NCBI RefSeq assembly: GCF_963921235.1
Contig: NC_086108.1
Span: 57,104,001 to 57,168,000 of the forward strand
DNA length: 64,000 bases
Direction of reading: 5' to 3'
Source: Mobula hypostoma
Lineage: Eukaryota
Below, piece by piece: positions 14,078-25,525 of this stretch (positions are counted from its first letter, which is position 1; each line of letters starts with the position of its first letter). The notes beneath the pieces are model-generated. The model was given only the letters and a program-made list of their open reading frames with translations, ran no database searches and was not told the origin of the DNA. A program made the translations under genes and the position numbers.

Positions 14078-14385
14078 TATATTATTTATTTCGCAGTACT
14101 GTGCGGAGTTGGTCCTTCTGGCCCTATAAGCCATGCCACTCCAGCAATCATTCACAAACCTGATTAACCCAAACTTAATAATAATGGGATAATTTACAGT
14201 GACCAGTTGACCTACCCAGTAGGTCTTTGGACTGTGGGAGGAAACTGGAGCGCCTGGGGAAAACACACGCATTCCATGGGGAGGACACTCCAACTCCTTA
14301 CAGATGGCGCCAGAATTGAACTCTGAACTCTGGAACGCCCGGGTTGTAATAGTGTTGCACTAACTGCAAAGCTACCCTGGTGCCT
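14078..14385 (-). mobile_element. V-SINE (HE1-like)
   Basis: V-domain on the minus strand (gcgtgtgttttccccaggcgctccagtttcctcccacagtccaaagac), tRNA-like head and CR1-like tail (gggccagaaggacc). Confidence 0.85.
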
Positions 14386-14745
14386 TATTACAGCATATTA
14401 TTAATGTTGAAAAGCAAATGGATAAACACCTTTGCCTGAGCAGCAGTCTCCAGTCAATCAATTAGTCTAGAATTATCCAAAATACAACCCTAGATAATTA
14501 AAAGATTTAATTAAGACTTCAATGCCCAGAAATTGGACTCATTGGTAACATTTTTATCGTTCATAAAAAAAAACATTGGGCTCTTTCATGCCGAATTCTC
14601 ATCTATCAGAGAATTGGAACATGAATTTTTTGTCACATTTCACTATAACAAATTTAATTTTCCAAATGCCCTAACTGTGAGATAGGATATGATCATGGTG
14701 TGCAAATATTTCAAATTATGTCAGAAATTCGGTCATAAGTGGTGA

Positions 14746-14884
14746 ATTTAAACGTAAACAACAGGAATACTGCAGATGCTGGAAATTCAAGCAACATACA
14801 TCAAAGTTGCTGGTGAACGCAGCAGGCCAAGCAGCATCTATAGGAAGAGGCGCAGTCGACGTTTCAGGCCGAGACCCTTCGTCA
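14746..14884 (-). mobile_element. Short Penelope-family 3'-end insertion with 14-bp TSD
   Basis: gtcataagtggtga at 14732-14745 and 14881-14894 flanks a near-identical copy of the 21735-21860 sequence. Confidence 0.9.
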
Positions 14885-14914
14885 TAAGTGGTGAGTTAGG
14901 TTCTCATTACTTGA

Positions 14915-15545
14915 AAGTTCAAGTTCAAGTTTAATTGCCTTTCAACCATACATGAATACAGCCAAACGGAACTGTGTTGTTCCAGGGCCAGGGTGTAAAG
15001 CACAGTACCAACAGTCATACACAGCATGAGGCAAGTATGATAGCAAGTATGTATAAGATATTGGTAAAATGCAGTCATATTAAAAAAAAAGTCCCATACC
15101 CCGAGTCCATGAATGTTACAGCAGTCTGCAAACGGGCAGCTATGAACAGGCCACAGCGCAGCTTAAGGCCTTATCTTTGCTATGACCGAGGCCATGCAGC
15201 TCCCCTGCTGTCCGCACCTGCCATCATTAAATTGGATTTGCAGTTTTCCCCATTAACAATGTTCAACTCAAGAAGAGTGACTAAGATGATCACCCACTGG
15301 TAGAGTATACCGCCTTTGTGCACCAACTTCTGCAATGCAGGCATGATCTGCAACAAGTCCAGCTCCTTCAGTTTCGCCGCCAACAAGTAACTCACTGATG
15401 GGGTAGGCCTGCAGAACTTTAAGTTCTTAATATCCAGCACGGTCTTGTATTTGTAAATAAATACATTTTAAAAAGACAATAACACCTTTGGTTGACCCTG
15501 TAAAAGCCACTGCGACCGATTGCATCACCATCTGGCCGGAAGATA
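14915..15545 (-). mobile_element. Non-LTR or SINE-like repeat with (AACTTG)n-type tail
   Basis: Short tandem tail gttcaagttcaagttt at about 14917-14932. The extent of the body is uncertain. Confidence 0.4.
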
Positions 15546-16931
15546 AGGGACAAGGGATAGGAGCATGGATTTATCATGGATAACAACAAAAAATGCAGAT
15601 ATCACTAAGATCTCTGACAATGACATTAGGAATGCCAAGATCTTGACACCTGGTGTTCCTTATTCATACCCCAGCTGTGGCTACACACCAATTTTTATAT
15701 TTCCCTGCTTTTCAGCATGACATCAAATATAATCTATCTCCAAGCAAGAAGGATTCACTAGGCACCAAGAAAGGCTCTGGAGCAGTGCATTGTATTTACC
15801 AAAATGCCCAGATTACACAGATCCACAGACAACCAGTCAGGAGTCACAAGGACCTGGTGTACCTCACAATGAAAGTAGTGAACTATGTGAATTGAAGTGA
15901 CGAGCTGTCTTGTTCCCCACTTTTCCTACGGTTAACACTGGATGTGACTCTTGTCTAAATATGGAAAAGTATTTTCTCAGATTCTCATGAAAAGAAAAAT
16001 GTGCCAAAAACCAACTCTGTAGTTCACAGACCTGTAGTCACAACTCTGACCTGAAGGCCAGAAGACTGCTGATGATAGCAGGTGTTGGGGCACCTTGTGA
16101 CCACCAGGTTGTCATCAAGCAAGCTTCATACTCAGGAAGCTTCTTGAGAACCATTCTCCACAGCCTTCCTCACACAGGCTGCCATGGAGACATCTCTCTA
16201 AAAGAACAGAACCAGTTCCTCTGTGTCAGGACCCAGATAGAACAGGAGCTGCCTGCTTTTTAACATCTGCAGAACAAGTAGATAGGTCACAATGCTCTGA
16301 AAGAGAAGCACAACATGAGAACAAAAAAGCAAAAGGTCCTAGTTTTTTGATTTATTTTGTGACTTCCAACACACATTTAGTGCACTAAAAATAACTAAAG
16401 CTCAATTTCTAGGCTCAAATATTTGTCTTTAATACTACAAGGTGATGGGCTCCAGCTATGCCTGTTTGAAACAGGTGAATTTATTGTCTAGTAGGAAGTG
16501 TGTCGAGAGCCTTCTCTTAGTAAGGAGCACGTGTACTTTTTCAAGTCATTCTGCTTAGTTTATAAGTATGTCTATTATCACTTTATTGACCAAGCCTCTG
16601 CTGAATTTAACATCTCAATCTTTCCAATTAGCTTTGCAACTGCTTCAGTAATTTCCCTGCCTGTTCAGAAATGTATAACATACACACTACACAGCACCAA
16701 CCAGCATTTCTATCTCAATCAACTCTCATCTTCGATTAGACTTTGGTTGATAATATTTGATGTTAACTAAGTCTGCACTGGAATTCAAACTTCCAACACT
16801 TCCTATGGTTCTGAAGAGTATATTCTGCATTGTGAACCTTTTTCACTTGTTACTACATACAGTATGTTAGAATATTAGCAAATGTACTGCTGTCATCACC
16901 ACAAACTTAGCTCCGCAGGGATGCTCATGTT

Positions 16932-16933
<2 letters not shown>

Positions 16934-16975
<42 letters not shown>
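16934..16975. repeat. (TG)n microsatellite
   Basis: About 21 TG units, seen directly. Confidence 0.98.
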
Positions 16976-16976
<1 letters not shown>

Positions 16977-17519
16977 TTATTAATTTACCTATATGGCGTT
17001 CAAGAAGCAATCTGTGTCTAACGTTGAATATGACAGTCCACTGAAAGGATGTGTACAACCGGTGTATTTGGTAGTGGCAACCAGAGATGACTGTCTTCCC
17101 AAATTTAACAAATGGTTATTATGGATCATAATCTACAGTGTTTAGCCCTGCTAACCTCTTTATTTTGGAACTATACAGAGTAGATGAGAGATCAGCTTTG
17201 TCACGTTTGCAGAGGCTTCCACGCCCGAAGACAATGAGGTAAGAGTGGAACTGGAAAGAAACTGTCCTTGAGCAAGATATGAAACACAGCATTTCATAGT
17301 AACTTTGAAAGAGGGACTGGCATATTTTGGGTAAGGATTATAGTTTTAAGCATTCTAGAGATCAAAGGTAAATTTCAGTCTGAATAAAATTGTTTGCCTT
17401 TTAACCAAGTTATTTTTCTCCTAACAACTACTGTAATCATTATGCTCAGGTGGCCAGCTACCCTCACTGTCACACTCAAGACATACTGGGTACATCGGTA
17501 AGACCCAAGGGTGTCTCAA

Positions 17520-20500
17520 TACACCAAATAGACTAGATTGATGATTCAAAGGTAGCAAAAGGTGGAGGATCTGTGTTTCATGATAAACTTTTCTTGGTGC
17601 TCTGACTAAGCGGTCTTATTGCACTCATGTCCCCCAACCTGGAACATCTAATGATTAAGTACCAACCATTCTACTTACCAAACGAGATCTCCTTGTATTC
17701 CTGGCTGCAGTTTACATATTACCAACGGCTGATGTTAAGCAGACACTCAAGGTATTGAGTGCAGCAGTTAACAAATCATTGTTCGGGGCTTCAATCAGGC
17801 TTGCTTGGAGAAATCTCTGCCCAGTTGTCATCCACACATGCACAAGGGGTCCCAACACACTTGACCGCTGTTAGAATTGCCTACCATTCTATCAGTAGGC
17901 CGTATCTCAGAGATAAGGACAACAGAGGGCTGGTTGCAGGAAGCACAGGAGCAGCTATGGGATTGCTACAAGTTGATGGACTGGACCATATTTAAGAACT
18001 CATCAGAGGATCTGAATGAATACGCCACAGTAGTCACAGACTTCATAAAAACAGTTGTAGATGAGTGTGACCCTACAAAATCATTCAGAGTCTTCCTCAG
18101 TCAGAAGCCCAGAATGAACCAAGAGATCTGCAATTTGCTGAGGGCTAGATCACTGGTGTTCAGTTCCGGCAACCAACTAAAATATAAGAGGTCTAGGTAT
18201 GACCTCTGGAAAGCCATCTCACATGCAAAATGGCAATTCTGGAACAAACTTCTGGAAACCTAATAGCATGAATGGCAGTGATGCTTCACTACCAGACAAG
18301 CTCAACGCCTTCTATGCCTGCTTCGTGAAGATCCCTGCTGCGTCCGGTGACCCTGTGATCTCTGTCTCAGAGGCCAATGTCAGACTGTCTTTCAGGAGGG
18401 TGAACCCTTGCAAGGTGGCAGGCCCTGATGGAGTCCCAACCAACTAGTGGGAGTATTCAAGGACATTTCCAACCTCTGACTGCTATGGGCTGAAGTTCCC
18501 ACCTGCTTCAAAAAGGCAACAATTATACCAGTGCCCAATAAGAGTAGTATGAGCTGCCTTAATGACTGTCATTCAGTAGAACTAATATCTATGGTGATGA
18601 AATGCTTTTAGAGGTTGGTAATAGATTGAATCAACTCCTGCCTCAGTAAGGACCTGGACACATGGCAATTTGCCTATCGCCGCAATGGATTTACGGCAGA
18701 TGCAATCTCAATGGCTCTTCACACAGCCTTAGATCACCTGGACAATATAAACACCTATGTCAGGATGCTGTTTGATGATTATAGCTCAGCATTTAACGCT
18801 ATCATTCCCACAGTCTTGACTGATAAGCCAGAGAACCTGGACCTCTGTACCTCCCTCTGCAAATGGATCCTCAACTTCCTAACTGGAAGACCACAAACTC
18901 TGCAGATTGGCAATAATATCTCCTCCTTGCTGACAATAAATGCTGGTGCACATCAGGGATGTGTGTTTAACCCAATGCTCTATTCTGTCTATTCCCATGA
19001 CTGTGTGACTAGATATAGCTCAAATGCCATCTTTAAATTTGCTGATGATATAACCATTATTGGCAGAATGGCAGGTGGAGACGAGCGGGTGTACAGGAGT
19101 GAGGTATACCAGCTAATTGAATGGTGTCTCAGCAACAAGCTTGCAGTCGATCTCAGTAAGAGCAAAGAGCTGATTGTGGCCTTCATCAAGGTAAGATGAG
19201 GGAACACAAACAAATCATCATAGAGGGATCAGAAGTGTACAGAGTGAGCGGGTGTCAAGATCTCTGAGGATCTAACCTGATTCCAACATAATAATGCAGC
19301 TATAACTAAGGCAAGACAATGGCTATATTTCATTAGGAGCTTGAGGAGATTTGTTTTGTCACCTGAAACACTTGAAAACTAAAACAGATGTACTGTGGAG
19401 AGCATTCTGACAGACTTCATCACTCTCTGGTGTGGGGGGACTACTGTTCTGACAGACTTCATCACTCTCTGGTATGGGGGGACTACTGTTCTGACAGACT
19501 TCATCACTCTCTGGTATGGGGGGACTACTGTTCTGACAGACTTCATCACTCTCTGGTATGGGGGGGACTACTGTACTGACAGACTTCATCACTCTCTGGT
19601 ATGGGGGGGGACTACTGTTCTGACAGACTTCATCACTCTCTGGTATGGGGGGACTACTGTACTGACAGACTTAATCACTCTCTGGTATGGGGGGCACTAC
19701 TGTTCTGACAGACTTCATCACTCTCTGGTGTGGGGGGACTACTGTTCTGACAGACTTCATCACTCTCTGGTATGGGGGGACTACTGTTCTGACAGACTTC
19801 ATCACACTCTGGTATGGGGGGACTACTGTTCTGACAGACTTCATCACTCTCTGGTATGGGGGGGGACCACTGTACTGACAGACTTCATCACTCTCTGGTA
19901 TGGGGGGGACTACTGTTCTGACAGACTTCATCACTCTCTGGTATGGGGGGACTACTGTTCTGTCAGACTTCATCACTCTCTAGTATGGGGGGACTACTGT
20001 TCTGACAGACTTCATCACTCTCTGGTATGGGGGGACTACTGTACTGACAGACTTCATCACTCTCTGGTATAGGGGGACTACTGTACTGACAGACTTCATC
20101 ACTCTCTGGTATGGGGGGACTACTGTACAGGATTGAAAGAAGCTACAAAAAGTTGTGAAATTAGTCAGCTCCATCATAGGTATTAGCCTCCGTAGTTTCC
20201 AAGACACCTTCAAAGAGCGGTGACTCAGAAAGGTGGCGCCCATTATTGAGGACCCCCATGTCCTCTTATTGTTACCATCAGGGAGGAGGTATAGAAGTCC
20301 GAAGGCACACACTCAGCGATTCAGGAACAGCTTTTTCCCCTTTGCCATCCGATTCCTAAATGGACATTGAACCCATGAACACTAACTCACTTTTTCTTTT
20401 ATATCATTTCTGTTTTTTGCGTTATTTTAAATGTAACTGTTTAATCTACGTATATATACTCACGTTAATTTATTTATTTATGTTTTTCTACATTATCATG

Positions 20501-20577
20501 TGTTGCATTGTACTGCTGTTGCTGTTAACAAATTCCATGGCATATGCCAGTGATACTAAACCTGATTCTGATTCTGA
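17520..20577 (+). mobile_element. Rex1/Babar-like LINE, degenerate
   Basis: LNAFYACF, KVAGPDG, YVRMLFDDYSSAFNAI, GAHQGCVFNPMLYS and FKFADD motifs. The 3' end has gattcaggaacagc and a (CTGATT)n tail at about 20562-20577. Confidence 0.9.
19407..20127. repeat. Minisatellite, 17 units of 42 bp (42-44 bp through G-tract slippage)
   Basis: Unit ctgacagacttcatcactctctggtatggggggactactgtt, starting at 19407, 19449, 19491 and so on to 20086. Confidence 0.97.
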
Positions 20578-21689
20578 ACTTGTTTCACTGAAGGATTCTT
20601 GATAGCTGTGGCAGGGCTTGAATATTATTGCTCTTATAAAGTGAAACTAAGTGACATAGGTGAAATTAAGGTTTCGCTTCCAGATGAACTCAATGTCTTT
20701 TATGCTTGCTTTGACCATCAACACATGGAGGCATTTTCACAGACTCCCACAGGACCCAACCAACCTGTGATTTCAGTCTCTGAAGCCTATGTAAGAGCAT
20801 CTTTCAGGAGGGTGAACCCATGTAAAGCATCCAGCCCAGATGGGGTACCTGGCCAAGTGCTGATCAACTGGTTAGAGGTTGAGTGACATCCTTAACCTTT
20901 CGTTTCAGCAGTCTAAGATACCCACCTGCTTCAAGCAGACTTCAAGTATACCAGCGCCTAAGAAGAACTACTAAGGTTCTCAATGACCATCATCTGGTAG
21001 CACTTACATCCTCTGTGAGAAGTTAGTTCAAAGTAAATTTATTATCAAAGGACATTGATGTCACAATACACCATCATGAGTTTCATTTTCTTGCGGACAT
21101 ACTCAACAAATCCATAATAGAATAATAACCATAATAGAATTAATGAGAGACTGCGCTAACTGGGCATTCAACCAGTGTGCAGAATACAACAAACACTGCA
21201 AATACAAAAAGGAAAAATATAATAGTAATAAATAAATGAGAAATAAATATTGAGAACATGAGATGAAAAGGCTTTGAAAGTGGATCCATAGGTTGTGGGA
21301 ACATTTCAGTGGTGGGACAAATGAAGTTGAGTGAAGTTATCCCCTTTGGTTTGGGAGCCTGATGGTGAGGGGTAATAACTGTTCCTGGACCTGGTGGTGT
21401 GAGTCCTGAGGCTCCTGTACCTTCTTCCACATGGCACCAACTAGGTAGTGGTGGTCTGTGATGATTGATGCTGCTTTCCTGTGACAACATTTCATGTAGA
21501 TGTGCTCAATGGAGGGAAGGAATTTACCTCTGAAAGACTTGTAGGATGGACTGCTGTGTTTTCTTTGAAATGGTACTTATGGTGCCTATAAAAAGTATTC
21601 ACCCCACCCCCACCCGGAAGTTTTCATGCTTCATACATCAAAGTTGCTGGTGAACGCAGCAGGCCAAGCAGCATCTATAGAAAGAGGTG

Positions 21690-21723
21690 CAGTCGACGTT
21701 TCAGGCTGAGACCCTTCGTCAGG
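21690..21723 (-). ncRNA. Minimal hammerhead core on the opposite arm of the palindrome
   Basis: The minus strand reads c-CTGACGA-agggtctcagcct-GAAA-cg-TC-gactg. The 5' strand of stem I is mostly missing. Confidence 0.65.
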
Positions 21724-21731
21724 GACCCTAC

Positions 21732-21767
21732 GTCCTGACGAAGGGTCTCGGCCTGAAACGTCGACTG
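21732..21767 (+). ncRNA. Minimal type I hammerhead ribozyme motif (Penelope-associated)
   Basis: gtc-CTGACGA(21735-41)-agggtctcggcct-GAAA(21755-58)-cg-TC|-gactg. All core nucleotides are present. Stem III is reduced to palindromic ACGT. Predicted cleavage is after 21762. Confidence 0.8.
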
Positions 21768-22044
21768 CACCTCTTTCTATAGATGCTGCTTGGCCTGCTG
21801 CGTTCACCAGCCACTTTGATGTATGTTGCTTGAATTTCCAGCATCTGCAGAATTCCTGTAGTTTTCATGCTTTATTGTTTTACAACATTGAGTCACAGTG
21901 GATTTAATTTAGCTTTTTTTTGATAGTGATCAACAGAAAAAGACTCATGTCAAGGTGAAAACAGATCTCTGCAAACTGGTCTAAATGAATTACAAATATA
22001 AAACACAAAATAATTGATTGCAAAAGTGTTTACCTCCTACAAGT

Positions 22045-23060
22045 CAGTACTGTATTTAGTAGATGCCCCTTTGACAGCAATTACAGCCTTGAGTCTGTGT
22101 GGATAGGGCTCCATCAGGTTTGCACATCTGGACACTGCAATCTTTCCCCATTCTTCTTTACGATACTCAAGTTCCATCAAATTGCATGGGGATCCTGAGT
22201 GAACAGCCTTTTTTCAACTTGAACTATAAATTCCCAATTGAATTGAGGTCTGGACTCTGACTTAGCCACTCCAGGGCATTAACTTCATTGTTTTTAAGCC
22301 ATTACCGTGTAGCTTTGGCTTTATGCTTGGGGTCATTGTCTTGCTGGAAAACAAATCTTCTCCCAGGTCACAGTTCTTTTGCAGATTGCATCAGGTTTTC
22401 CTCCAGGATTACCATTTATTTTGCGGCATTAATTTTACCCTCTTCCTACACAAGCCTTCCAGGGCCTACTGCACTGAAGCATCCCTACAGTATGATGCAG
22501 TCACCACCATGCTTCATGGTAGGTTTGGTGTGTTTTTGATGATGTGTGATGTTTGGCTTACGCCAAACATAGCATTTAGTCTGATGGCCAAAAAGCTTAA
22601 TTTTGGTTTCATCAGACCATAGAACCTTTTTTCAGCTGACTTCAGAGTCTCCCACATGCCTTCTGGCAATCTCTAGCTGAGAGTTCAGGTGAGTATTTCT
22701 CAACAGTGGCTTTCTCTTTGCCACTCTCCCATAAAACTGTGACTGTTGACACACCCAGACAACAGTTGTATGTGCAGTCTCTCCCATCTCAGCCACTGAA
22801 GCTTGTAACTTCTCCAGAGTTATCATAGGTCTCTTGGTCTCCCTTACTAGTCCCCTTCTTGCATGGTCATTCAGTTTTTGAGGATAGCCTGCTCTAGGCA
22901 GATTTACAGCTGTGCCATTTTCTTTCCACTTCTTAATGATTGACTTAACTGTACTCCAAGGAATATTGAGTGATTTGGAAATTTTCTTGTGCTCATCTCC
23001 TGACTTGTGCTTTTCAATAACCTTTTTATGGAATTGCTTGGAGTGTTCTTTTGTCTTCAT
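22045..23060 (-). pseudogene. Tc1 transposase pseudogene
   Basis: ORF 22632-23060 (MKTKEHSKQ...GRVAKRKPLL) is the HTH region. Downstream FQQDNDPKH and WLSQSPDLNSI motifs carry stops and frameshifts. Confidence 0.92.
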
Positions 23061-24589
23061 GGTGTAGTCTATGACAGGATACTGACTCAGCAGCAGTTGA
23101 ACCTTCCAGATACAGGTGTGTTTTTAGTACAATCAGTTGAAACACCTTGACTGCACACAACACAAGTCTCCAAAAACAGATCTCCATTTAACTAATTATG
23201 TGACTTCTAAAACCAATTGGCTGCATCAGTGATGATTTTGTGTGTCATATTAAAGGGGGTGAATACTTAGGCAATCAATTATTTTGTGTTTTATATTTGT
23301 TAATAATTTAGATCACTTTATAGAGATCTGTCTTCAATATGACAGGAAAGTCTTTTTCTGTTGATCAGTTTCAAAAAAGCCAAATGAAGTCCACTGTGAT
23401 TCAATGTTGTAAAACAATAAGACTTGAAAACGTCCAAGGAGAGTGAACACTTTCTATGGGCACTGTATGTGCTGGACCCAGGACAGGTCCTCTGAAATGA
23501 TAATACCGAGGAATTTAAAGTTCCTGACCCTCTCCACCTCTGATCCCCTGGTTTCCTCGTCCTGAAGTCAATAATCAGCCCCTTGGTAATGAAGCATATC
23601 ATCTCCTGCCTGAGCAGTGACTCGGATCCACCTCAATTTGCTGGCCATAACAGCAGGTCAACAGCAGATGCCATTTCATTGGTTCTTCATTCAAACCTGG
23701 TACATCTGGACAGTGAACATGCATACATTAGGATGTTCTTCATTGACTGCAGCTCAGCATTGGATGCTATGATCCCCTCAAAACTAATATACGCCAACAC
23801 CTAGGCCTCAATAGCTCCTTGTGCAAGTAGATCTTTGATTTCCTCACCAATCAGTTCAGATCAGCAACAACATCTCCTCCACAATCACCATCAGCAAAGG
23901 TGCTCCACATGCTGTGTGCTTAGCCCCCCTGCTCTACTTGCTTTATATTTACGACTGTGAGGCTAAGTACAGCTCCCATGCCAAATTTAAGTTTGCTGAT
24001 GACCCCACTGTCATTGACCGAATCAAAGGTGGTGACAAATCAGCATAAAGCAGGGAGGTTGAACATCTGGCTAAGTGGTATCATAACACCCTCTCATTCA
24101 ATGTAGCAAGACGAAGGAGGTGATTATTGACTGCAGGAGGAGGAAATGGGGATCCATGAGCCAGTCCTCATTGGGTTATCAGAGAGGGAGTGGGCCAGTA
24201 ACTTTTAATTCCTTGGTGCTATCATTTCAGAGGATCTGCCCTGGCTCCAGCATGTTAGGTGGCATTACAAAGAAAGCATGGCAGTGTCTCTACTTTGTTA
24301 GAAGTTTGGATAGATTCAGCATATCATCTAACATTTTTACAAACTTCTATAGATGTGTGGTGGAGAGTCTACTAACTGGTTCCACCATGGTCTGATATGG
24401 AAAGACCAATGCCCTTGAACAGGTAAGCCTATAAAAAGTAGTGAATACAGCCCAGTCCATCACGGGTAAAGCCCTCTCTACCACTGAGCACGTCTGCACG
24501 AAGTGTTGTCGCAGGAAACAACATCCATCATCAGGAACTCCCTCTCCCTGGAAGTGCTCTCATCAGAAAAAAGATACAGGAGCCTCACC

Positions 24590-25525
24590 TTTGCACAACG
24601 GAATGTCAGAATGGAAATGGGAATTGGAATTAAAATGATTGATCTCTGGGAAGTTCCACTTTTGGAGGATGGAGTGGAATGTGATCGATGAAGCAGTCCC
24701 CCAATTTAGGGTAGGTCTCCTAATTTAGAGGAGGCCGAATCGGGAGCATCAGACACAAAGGTGACCCCAGCAGGTTTGCAGGTGAAGTGATGCCTCACCT
24801 GGAAGGATTATTTGTGGTCCTGAATGAGGTGAGGGAGGAGGTGAATGGGCAGGTGTGGCACTTTGGCCACTTGCAGGGATAAGTGCCAGAAGGGAGATTA
24901 GTGGAGAGAGATGAATGGATAAGGGAGTGATCCCTGTGGGAAGTGGAGAGAGGGGGTAGTAAAAATATGTTTGGTAGTAGGATCTTTTTGGAGATGACAG
25001 AAGTGGTGGAGGATAATTCCAATTCCTATTCTGTTCTGACATGTCGGACCATGGCCATTTCCTGTCTCAAGCTGAGGCCACCTTCTGGGTGGAGGAGCAA
25101 CATCTTATATTCTGTTTGGTAGCTTCCATCTCGATGGCATGAATATCAGTTTCTCCTTGCTGTCTAAAAAGTTTCTTCCCAATCCCCTCTTCTTCTATTC
25201 CCCACTCCAGCCTCTTCTCTCTTCTCTCCTCCCCCTGGGACCCCTCCACACTTTCTTTCTTCTATAATCCACTCTCCTCTCCTATTATACTTCTTCTTCT
25301 CCAGCCCTTTATCTTTACTATCCACCTAGCTTCACCTATCACCTTCTAGGTATCCTGATTGCCCTATTCTGGCGTCTTCCCCTTTCCTTTTCAATCCTGG
25401 TGAAGGGTCTCGACCTGAAACTTTGACTGTTTATTCATTTCTATAGGTGCTGCCTGGCCTGATGAGTTCCTCCAGCATTTTGTGTTTGTTGCTTTGGATT
25501 TCCAGCATCTGCAGACTTCCTTGTA
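24590..25525. mobile_element. Penelope-like remnants as an inverted pair: about 24590-25035 (-) and about 25040-25525 (+)
   Basis: The minus part encodes PSGTYPCKWPKCHTCPF, the Cys linker before the GIY-YIG endonuclease. The plus part has the EEQHLIF region, 3' UTR and a mutated hammerhead at 25392-25429. Confidence 0.8.

Larger units (their letters stand above)
21632..21859. mobile_element. Palindromic Penelope-family insertion with 13-bp TSD inside the Tc1 TIR
   Basis: Arms at 21632-21723 and 21734-21825 (92 bp, 2 mismatches, 10-nt spacer). TSD agttttcatgctt at 21619-21631 and 21860-21872. Confidence 0.93.
21580..23465 (-). mobile_element. Full-length Tc1-family DNA transposon with long TIRs; transposase inactivated
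   Basis: Ends tggtgcctataaaaagtattcaccc and gagtgaacactttctatgggcactg are flanked by TA (21578-79 and 23466-67). Inverted repeats of about 200 bp. Confidence 0.93.
21025..23582 (-). mobile_element. Rex1/L2-group LINE 3' fragment (21025-21579 and 23466-23582), split by the Tc1 insertion
   Basis: Tail gttcaaagtaaatttattatc at about 21027. Similar to 36540-37320. The sequence joins across the TA at 21578/23466. Confidence 0.75.
20600..24590 (+). mobile_element. Rex1-like LINE in two parts (20600-21020 and 23583-24590), split by nested insertions
   Basis: LPDELNVFYACF, KASSPDG and a VALTS-like region stop at about 21020. The sequence resumes at 23583 (VMKHI..., YIRMFFIDCSSA, KFADD, LYFVRSL). 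Confidence 0.85.

Noticed and set aside
19407..20127. CRISPR-like array, or a repeat-protein ORF (19395-20072)
   Set aside because: There are no unique spacers. The unit is LINE-derived, and the ORFs are by-products of a 42-bp period.
19407..20127. Tandem hammerhead in the minisatellite minus strand (gtgatgaag...gaac)
   Set aside because: It lacks C3, GAAA and the required stems.
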